Shown piece after piece: positions 39,939 through 49,600 of a stretch of 64,000 nucleotides of DNA. The position numbers were made by a program, and so were the translations under genes. Source of the DNA: Zootoca vivipara (taxonomy: Eukaryota); assembly GCF_963506605.1 (NCBI RefSeq), contig NC_083283.1, positions 84,010,001-84,074,000 of the forward strand, given 5' to 3'. A model generated the notes under the pieces. That model was given only the letters and a program-made list of their open reading frames with translations. It ran no database searches and was not told the DNA's origin. Numbering within the stretch: the stretch's first letter is position 1; each line of letters starts with the position of its first letter.

Positions 39939-40600
39939 TCCCCTGGCAGGGGGTTGGGGCGTGAAAATTGACGCTGGAAATCCTTGTTTACCAAGAAGAT
40001 AAGCGGTTCCTACCTTCTTCTGACTTGGGCTTTATTTCATGTGGTCACACACACTCACATTTTATTTTATTTTTAAATAGCCTTGCCAATCCAAAATAAT
40101 TGATATACATTTAGACTCGAGCATGAAACATTGGGTTTCCAATGGGTTGACCTTTGGTCGGTCTCTATTCAGCCCCAGGGAGAGAGACGTCGGGCGGGGA
40201 TAGAATTAGAAGTTCCCGCATTGCACCTTTGTATATCACTCTATTTATTAAGTCTATGGTTCGGTGCAGCCGATTGATTGATTTACCCACAATACCACGC
40301 GACTCCCCAGGAGAACTTTGCATAACCACGCCCGTCGCGTTGTGCTGGTTGGCCGCGAAGACGACAAGAATAAACCAACGGGACGCGCCGATTGGCCAGC
40401 AGGTTGAGCTTCGGGGAGCGGGGGGAACTCCGAGTGCCAAGATGGCGGCCTCCTCAGCTGCGCGGGTCGTTCAGGGTGGCCTCTCTCGGAACCTCAAGGA
40501 GATCCGGATCCACCTCTGCCAGCGGTCGCCGGCCAGCCAGGGGGTCAGGTACGCGAGAGGAGGGGAGGCCTTTCCCTCGCCTGACAGCCCGGCCTTCTCC
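39420..40600. promoter_or_regulatory. Head-to-head promoter region of IK and NDUFA2
   Basis: Start codons at 39639(-) and 40442(+), ~800 bp apart; two CpG-rich patches; CCAAT (ATTGG 40391); YY1 motif AAGATGGCGGC at the NDUFA2 start. Confidence 0.75.
39881..39938. repeat. (TAT)n microsatellite between the IK and NDUFA2 starts
   Basis: About 19 perfect TAT units. Confidence 0.95.
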
Positions 40601-43600
40601 GCTCATTTTTTTAAAGGTTGCAACTTGATAGGTCGTGGGGTGTGGGGAGATGCTCACAGCCAGCTTTATTATAATAATTATTGTCACTGTCACATATTTA
40701 CTGTGCTCATGTCCCGCTTTTTTCCCTTTCAGGGACTTGAAGCGGCTTAGAGATAAAAAATTAAGAACCGCTAAATAAAAATAGGAAAAGCAATAATTAA
40801 AAACAATTAAGTATTCATAGAATTCTTAGCCTCTCTCTGTTTCGCAAGGTGAGGTTTGCTGGTTTGCTTAGGGAATGGGGGGCGCCGGCGTGAAAGGCAG
40901 TTAACAGTGGCCGTTAGTTGTCCTTTTGCATGTTCGTATCAAATACTTGAAAAAACTCCCGGAACAAGGCATAGTGGACTTGTACTCAAAAAGGAATCAT
41001 AGAATCATAGTAGGGTTGGAAGGAATCCCAAGGGTCATCTAGTCAACCGCCTGCAATGCAGGAATCTGAACTAAAGCATCCAGGGCAGATGACCATGGAT
41101 GCTTTATCTGAGATTCCTGCATTGCAGGGGTTGGGGTGTGTGTGTGTGTGTGTGTTAGAATAAAAACAGCAGAGCACCAGCTTTACTACTAGGAACGGAC
41201 ATTGGTTTTGAATCACAAAAGTAAAGGTAAAAACCATGTTGATTAATAAGGGGGAAAGCCCAAAAGGTGTATTATTTTTATTATTTATTAAATTTGTATA
41301 CCGCCCTTTATCTGGATCACAGGGCAGTTCACAGCGCAAAAATAAAAGATAAAAACACAAAATATTTAATAAATCAAGAACAAAACCATACAAATAACCC
41401 ACATTTTAAATGATAAAGGATGTTAATCAGCTAATAATATTAGAAGCAATACCTTTACAAGGCCAACTCGTGCTTTAATGGGGGGGGGGAGCGGGAAGAG
41501 TAAAAAATGAGGCTCTAATAAATACTCCTATCTTGGCAAAGGTGCTGTGGGTGACCTAACACAAATTTTGGTAATTTGATTTGGATGTATCCAATAGGTC
41601 AACCCACCTTGAACATCTTATTGTTATAGCAGCTAACCAGCCGAGCAGAGAAGCCACAAAGCCAAGTCCAGTGCTGTTCTAGTTATCGTTATATATACAG
41701 TATATGCCACTGAAGAAGTTTGCTAAAGCTTAAACACATCTGGTATCCTCAGGATATACTGAACATTACTGGATTATATTAACCTCTTTTAGGCTACTAG
41801 AATTTTTTTAAGGAAAAAGGTGATACACAGTTAAACCTCGGTTCCCGAATGGCTCCGTTTTCAAACATTTCAGCTCCCAAAACCGAAAACCTGAAAGTAA
41901 ATGCTCCGGTTTTCAAACTTTTTTGGAAGCCGAACATCCGACACGGCTTCCGCTTGAGTGCAGGATGCTCTTGCAACCAGTTGGAAGCCGCTCCTCAGTT
42001 GTTGAACATTTCGGAAGCCGAACAATCTTCCGGAATGGATTACTTTCAACAACTGAGGTTTGACTGTACTAGTCATATTGTTTTCTTCACACCTTGCTGA
42101 GCTTTAGCTCAGTTTTTTAAAAACTGTGTTCATGGGGAACTGGGTTTTTAAGAAATTTGTAATGTTGGACAAGCTGCACTGAAATACAGTGTACTTATCA
42201 CTACAGCTCTGGAATTTTGTTGGATGTGTTTGGAGCACAGCCAGATGTTTAAAAAATGGCAAGACCCCTAGAACATGCGCCCCAAACCCTGTGCTCCAGA
42301 TAAATACAGTATGGGAAGTATTCTCTGAATGTTTGACACTTGAAAGCCACTATCTATATTGTCAGAGGGCCTGGTATGGCTACTCTAGAGTAACGACTCC
42401 AGCATGGTCTTTTAAGGTTTTTATTAAGTGCTGATTATTTACAGTGTTCAGAGCAGTAAAAATGCATCCTTAAGGTGAGGTGTCTGAACTCCCGAATGGC
42501 GATTGGCGCGTTTTCTTCCAGCACCACAGCTTTGGCAGACCCAACCTCTTCCCCCTACGTTTGCGTCGCAATTCGGGAGTTGGGGGAATTGGCCTCCCCC
42601 CTGTGCGTCCAACTTCCTGTCCCACCTGCGGCTTGGGCTCCACAACCTTGCCTGAGCCTCGGACACCACTTCCTGACTCTCCGCTGGAGGCAGAGCTCTC
42701 CTTACTCTCTCCCGCGCTTGGGGATGGGCTGGAACTTAAGATGGGAGGGACTTCCCTGTATCCCTCGTCCCTCACATCCATCCCCCTCCCAGGCTCCTCT
42801 CCCCCCCTTCCTAGTGGCTCTCCGCTTGCTGGGGACGAGTGAAACCCCAAGAAGTCTGTGGCATCCGAGCCTGTGGGTGTAAAAATTTCCCCCCAATCCT
42901 GCGATCTTTCTCCTTCCCCCTGAGAAGACGGGAATCCCAAGAAGTCAGTGGCGTCAGAGCTGGTGGGAGTAAAAATGTTCTGCCAGTCCTCTCCTGCCTC
43001 TGACGTCGTTGACCTCGGTGAAACCCACACCTCTTCTTCCGTGTCCTCAAATTCCGCTTCCCATCTCCATGGAGAGCTCCTGCCTGCTATCCCTTCCTCC
43101 TGCCCCTCCCCCTCTCCTTCCCTTTCCATGTGCCAGGGCTTGGGCCTGTGGGGGAACAGGGCGTGGAACTCTTCCACTAAAAATTCCTCAGGTACTTCTG
43201 TGGCCGGTATCCACTCATTGTGGGACGGCGGAGTGTCCTCCCATGCTATCAGGTACTCCAGTCCTCTCACCCCTCTCCTTGAGTCTAAAATCTCAGTTGC
43301 CTCATTGAGCTGTCGGGCGTCTCCCGTCTCCCCCCCTCCCTCTGGAGGCTGATCGCTGTCCCTGAACCTGGTACTTTCCCTGTACGGCGACAGCAGCGAT
43401 CTATGAAACACTGGGTGCACTCTCATGTCCTCCGGCAGTGCTAGCCTGAAGGCTACCGGGTTGACCTGTTGCGTGACCGTGAAGGGGCCCAGCCTCCTGG
43501 GTGCTAACTTCTTGCATCGCCCCCTGGTGGGAAGACCTTCCGAGGATAACCAAACCTTGTCCCCCACCCTGATGACCTCTCCCGGTCGCCTGTGGCGATC

Positions 43601-46600
43601 TGCCCCCTTCTTGTACGCTTCCTTGGCCCTCTCCAAGTGTTCTCTGAGCTGCTGGTGCACCGTCTCCAGGTCCTCTGCCCAATCCTCTGCCTGTGGGCCC
43701 TCCTCCTCCTCCTCCCCCTCCCTCTCCGGGAAAGATCTGAGGTCGCGCCCGTAGTTGGCCTTAAAGGGCGACACCCCTGTGGAGACGTGCACCGCATTGT
43801 TGTAGGCAAATTCTGCCAGTGGCAGGCGATCCACCCAGTCCGTTTGCCTCTGGCTGACGTAACATCTCAGGTACTGCTGCAGAATGGCGTTGACCCGCTC
43901 CGCCTGTCCATTGGTTTGCGGGTGCCTAGCCGTCGACAAGCTGACCTCCACCTGCAGGAGGTTCATGAGCCGCCGCCAGAACCTGGAAACAAATTGGCGG
44001 CCACGATCCGAAATAACCCTTAAAGGCAATCCATGCAGTCTGAATACGTGGTCAACAAACAGTTTGGCCGTCTCTTCTGCCGAGACCGCCCTGGCACACG
44101 GTATAAAATGGCACATTTTGGACATGAGGTCCACCACCACCAACACTGCGGTCTTGCCCCTGGACGACGGCAGGTCTGTGATGAAGTCCATGGACACTAC
44201 TTCCCACGGCCTGTGCGGTGTGGCTAAGGGCTCCAGCAAACCTGCTGGTGGCGCTCTGACCACCTTTGCTCGCTGGCAGGTGTCACATCCCCTTACATAA
44301 TCCCGAACATCCTCCCGCACCCCTGGCCACCAGAAGTGTCTCATGACTAGGTGAGTGGTTTTGTCCCTTCCAAAATGACCCGCCGTTGGGTTGTCGTGCA
44401 TCTGCTTGAGGGCCTTACCTCTCAGCTGTTTGGTTGGTAGGTACAGGGCTCCCTTGTAAAAAAGCAAACCCCTCCTTTCCTCAAAGTCTTTGGCCTGCTC
44501 CCCCCCCTCTCAGTTCTCTGAAGATGCGGGTGGCAAATTCATCAGCTGCTGTCAGTGCTGTGAGTTCTGCCTCGCTCACCACTGCTGCTCCGCAGGACCA
44601 TGCTGATGGGGGGAAAATATGCCTGGGTGCCGGTGGCAACTCCTCCTCCATGTACTCTGGCTTGCGGGAGAGGGCATCCGCCCTGACATTCTGCTCTCCC
44701 GGGATGTAGTGGATGGAGAAGTTGAAGTTCGAGAAGAACTCTGCCCACCGTATCTGCCGCTGGTTGAGCACCCTGGCAGTTCTCCAGAACTCCAGGTTCT
44801 TGTGGTCTGTGCACACCTGGATGGGGTGCTTGGCGCCCACCAGGAAGTGTCGCCAGTGCTGGAACGCAGCGTGGATCGCGAGAAGTTCCCTGTCAAACAC
44901 TGTGTAGTTGCGTTCCGGCTGGGTCAGCTTCCTGGAGAAGAAGGCACAGGGTCTCCACTCTCTGTTGGCGTCCAGTTGCAACAGAATCGCTCCCAGAGCC
45001 TTGTCCGAAGCATCTGTCTCCAGGCGTAGGGGCGCATCCTGCACCACGTGGAACAGGTGCTGGTCTGAAGCGAATACCCTCTTGAGGCTTTCGAACGCTG
45101 CTTGCGCCTCTGGTGTCCACCGGAACTTCTGCTTGCCTCTCAGGCAGTCGGTGATAGGAGCCGTGACGCGAGAGAAGTTCTTGATGAACTTCCTGTAGAA
45201 GTTCGCGAAGCCTAGTAGGCGTTGGGCATCTTTGCGCGTCCTGGGGCTGTGCCAGTCCAGGATGGCCTGCACCTTGTCCTTGTCCATCGCCAGCCCCTTG
45301 TCTGACAGCTTGTAGCCTAGGAAGTCCACTTCTTTGGTGTGAAACTTGCACTTCTCCAGCTTCACATACAGGTGGTTGTCCTTCAGGCGCTGCAATACCT
45401 CCCTGACATCCTTCACATGCTGCACTGGGTCATTGGAGTAGATAAGGATGTCATCCAGAAAGACCAAGCAGTTCTTGAAGAGGAGGGACCCCAGGACGTG
45501 GTGCATGAAGGCCTGGAAGCATGCTGAGCCCCCTTGCAACCCGAAGGGCATCACCAGATATTCAAAAGAGCCCAGAGGCGTGAACATCGTGGTTTTCCAT
45601 TCATCACCCTCCCGGATCCTAATCAAGTTGTACGCCCCTCTTAGGTCGAGCTTGGTGAAGATCTTGCCCCTGCGTGCCGCTGTCAGGAGATCATCCACTC
45701 TGGGCATGGGGAAAGCCACTGGCTCTGTCACCGAATTCAGCCGTCTAAAATCCACCACCAGACGGCGCTGTTGCGTGTCTTTCTTGTCCACCCAGAAGAC
45801 CGGGCTGCCCCCTGCTGCCTTGCTTTCTCTGATGAACCCCCGCTTGAGGTTCTTGTCGATGAAAGCGCGCAGATCCTCCAGTTCCTGATCTGACATGGCG
45901 TACAGCTTGGCTGGGGGTATAGTTGCCCCTGGCACCAGGTTGATCTGGCAGTCAAAAGGCCTGTGTGGGGGTAGGTGGTCGGACTCCACTTCGCTGAAGA
46001 CCTCCTGCAGGTCCCAGTACGGCTTGGGTATTGCCTCACCCCCCTTGACGTGCATGGTGGCCACCGTGGCTATCGGAGGCCCCTCCCCTGGTTGGTGCTG
46101 CATGCAATGTTCCAGACAAAAGTCCGATCCAAAAGTGATGCATCTCTGGTGCCAACTTATGGAGGGGTCGTGGCGCGTCAGCCAGCTCATGCCCAAGACG
46201 ATGGGGGGGTCTGAGATGGTTGTGACGTTGAAAGCCAGTGTCTCTGAGTGCCTTCCCACCGTCATTCTCATGGGGGGGTTTGATGCGTGATGGCCCCTCC
46301 CAGCAGCTCTCTGCCGTCAATGGTGGCCACGTGCAGGGGAAAATCCAGCTGCAGAAGTTGGATCTGGTGCTCTTCCGCAAAGTTTCTCGAGAAGAAGTTG
46401 GCTGAGGCACCACTGTCAATTAAGGCGAGGACTGTCAGGGGATAGCCATTTGGGAGCGTGAGCGTGACTTCTAGAACCACTCCTGCTCTGGGAGGGGTGG
46501 GCTGGCTGTGCTCCTCTCTGTGCGGGTGGGCGGGCGGGGGCTGTTGTCTGCTGACTGTGCCTGGCCGCTCCCCCTTGTCTCCTGCAGCCAGGCTGTCTCG

Positions 46601-49600
46601 TTTCCCTGCTGTGGTGCTGCGTCAGCTGGGGAAGGTACAACCGTTCCCGCCTTTCCTTGCCACTCTCTGCGATGAGGGCAGTCTCTGACGCGATGCCGGG
46701 GGGAGTTGCAGAGAAAGCAATTCCCGCCTCTTCCCTCCTTGCGTCTTGGCGCCGCCGGGGTTTGAAAAGCCCCCGCGCGCGCTCCTCCGATCTCCATCGG
46801 TTCCGGCTCTGGGCTTGGCCTGGGCGGGTGTGGGGGCGGGCCCTGGGGTGGGGTTTGGTGATGTGGTCTGTCCTGGGAGCGTGGGAACCAAGGTTTTGCT
46901 GCGCGCGTCGCTTGTTTGTCATTCCATCTGGATTCCTGTCTCACCCCCACCGCTAGCGCCGCTTTGCTTAACTCATCCATCGTTCGCGGTTTGGGACCTC
47001 TTGCCAGCTCATCCTTAACGTCTGCGTGCAAACCCATGTAGAAGGCTGATTTCACTGGCTCACTTTGCAGATCCCACCCCAGTTTGTGCACCAGCATGGT
47101 GAATCTCGCCCAGTAGTCCCTAACTGTCGATTTTCCTTGTGTTAAGTTATGAAGCTCCTCTTTAGTGGCCTCCATTTCACTGTCACTAGCGTACATTATT
47201 TTTAAAGCTTCTAGAAATAATTTTGCGTTCTTCATGCAAGGATTTTTTTGCGCGATGAGCGGTCTTACCCATTCTCGGGCGGCCCCCGTCAAATGCTCTA
47301 TGATAAAGGAGACTCTGTGCGCGTCATCTGGGAATTCTGCTGCATGCAATTCCAGCGCATAATTTATTTCTGTCTCGAATCCTAGGTACTCCCTAGGGTC
47401 GCCGCTAAACTTGGTGACTAGGCTCTGTCCCCTTCTCACTTGGACTAGCTGCGGCTGGGGCACCCCCCCACCTCTAGCGGCTTTCTCCTCTTCCAACTTT
47501 TTCTGTAGGTCCAAAACCATCACCCTTAGCTGTTTCTCAGTCTCCTCTTTTGTCCTCACCTGGTCCACCAGCTTGTTCAGCTCCTCCTGCGCCCCTCGCG
47601 CTTCCTCCTGAGCGGCATGCAATTGCTGCTGTGCGTGCGCTGTGAGGTTCTGCAGCTCCTGCTTCGCTGCTTCGGCCTCCAGCCTCCAATGCTCAGCCTC
47701 TTGAGCGCTCATCGCTGCACTCCAAAGTAGCCAAAAAAAGATTCGGGAGTTGCTGTCAGAGGGCCTGGTATGGCTACTCTAGAGTAACGACTCCAGCATG
47801 GTCTTTTAAGGTTTTTATTAAGTGCTGATTATTTACAGTGTTCAGAGCAGTAAAAATGCATCCTTAAGGTGAGGTGTCTGAACTCCCGAATGGCGATTGG
47901 CGCGTTTTCTTCCAGCACCACAGCTTTGGCAGACCCAACCTCTTCCCCCTACGTTTGCGTCGCAATTCGGGAGTTGGGGGAATTGGCCTCCCCCCTGTGC
48001 GTCCAACTTCCTGTCCCACCTGCGGCTTGGGCTCCACAACCTTGCCTGAGCCTCGGACACCACTTCCTGACTCTCCGCTGGAGGCAGAGCTCTCCTTACT
48101 CTCTCCCGCGCTTGGGGATGGGCTGGAACTTAAGATGGGAGGGACTTCCCTGTATCCCTCGTCCCTCACATCCATCCTACTGACTTTTCATGAAAGTGTA
48201 GAACACCCTCCGCCTAATGCATGCTGGTGTGTTTGCTTCTTGTTTGCAGAGATTTCATCAAACAACATTATGTGACTTTAAAGAAAGCAAATCCAGATTT
48301 CCCTATCCTGATCAGAGAGTGCTCAGATGTGCAACCCAAACTCTGGGCTAGATATGGTGAGTTTGGTGGGGGGTGTATGTTACAAGTTTGCTATACAATT
48401 AGGTAGAAATAATATGTTGGACAGTTTAAGTATTAGTCTTTCCTTGAGGAATAAAGCTTTTCAGCCCTGCCTGGATTTTTATTGTTGAAGGCCACTAGCA
48501 AACACTTCTCGGACAACTCCAGCCCAGTAAGCCACTTACACTTTCTCCCCACAACTGCTCCAAATCTGCTCTGTAATGTTTTCTCTCCTATACAAATAGA
48601 TTGTGCCGGAAAACATTTCCATTGACAGACAACAGAAACCTTGGCAGTTTTTTCAAATGTTGGCTGGTAGCTTACATGAAGTATCTAGTGCAGGGGTCCC
48701 CAGACTTACCGGCGTTTGGGCCGGTTCCCACCGCGCCGATCACGCGGCGGGCCGGAGGGCGGGGGAGCGCGCGCCCGTGCGCATGCGCACGGGCGCTTAC
48801 TGGCGCGGCGGCACGCTTCCAGGGTGGGGAAAGCGCCGAAAAAACCGTTGTGCGCATGCGCGTGGGCCTCCCCCGACCCGGAAGTGCACCAGAAATGACT
48901 TATTCCGGGTCGGGAGAGGCCCATACGCATGCGCACAAAGGATTTTCGGCGCTTTTTTCCCAACCCGGAAGAGCGCTGCCGCGCTGCGCACCGTAAGAGC
49001 GGGCGGCAGCGGCGGGGGTCGTCGCGGGCCGGATTGGCAGGCTAATTGGGCCGCATCCAGCCCCCGGGCCGTAGTCTGGGGACCCTGATCTAGTGGGAGC
49101 AGAGCTGGCACTCTCTTCTGATAGAAATATTTCAAATATGTGTCCCCAGGGTGCTTTCCCCCCTGGAGTTACCTTTTAGAATTTTTAAACAAAAATGTTT
49201 TTTTTTTAAAAAAAACCGAGTTAGAGAGCTGCTTTTGTTAGACAAGGAAATTGCTGCATCTCTGTAATGCAGAAGGGATGAAGAGAAAATGGATAAACAT
49301 AAGACAGGAGAGTGGATAGAAATGGTCTGTGGCTGCCAGAGAGGAAACTTAATTGAGCACATGGCCTATGGCAAATAATGAATTATCTCCCTCTCTCTCC
49401 CCCCCACCAAAGGGCTCTTGTTTCAACACTTATCCCACTCATTTTCTTCCAAAATAGGAGCTGTTGAAAAAGTTCAACAGTTTTTAAGTTTTAAAGTAAA
49501 CTTAGCTAGTCTTGACTTAATTAAGGCTCAGGCCCAACTTAATATTTCTGATACCTGGCACCATGAGGCCTCTTTACTAGTACTTTGTCAGATACATCTA

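Larger units (their letters stand above)
42360..48170 (-). mobile_element. Full-length Ty3/gypsy LTR retrotransposon, Tf1/sushi chromovirus group, antisense in NDUFA2 intron 1
   Basis: Two 417-bp TG...CA LTRs, gag, pol in PR-RT-RH-IN-chromodomain order, PPT GGGAGGGGGATGGA at 42777-42790, self-priming PBS at 47741-47751. Confidence 0.97.

Noticed and set aside
42893-42985. W-x-x-I in the integrase repeats as autophagy LIR motifs
   Set aside because: Formally matches, but the fixed spacing to FLGF fits the IBM/TIM architecture better; kept only as an alternative.
42475-47611. Many plus-strand ORFs across the retrotransposon
   Set aside because: Antisense shadows of GC-rich coding sequence with no motifs; no env-like ORF found.
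47864-48175. 103-aa ORF in the 5' LTR as an extra gene
   Set aside because: A duplicate of the Pol tail; its ATG comes from the PPT-like flank and lies upstream of the predicted transcription start.
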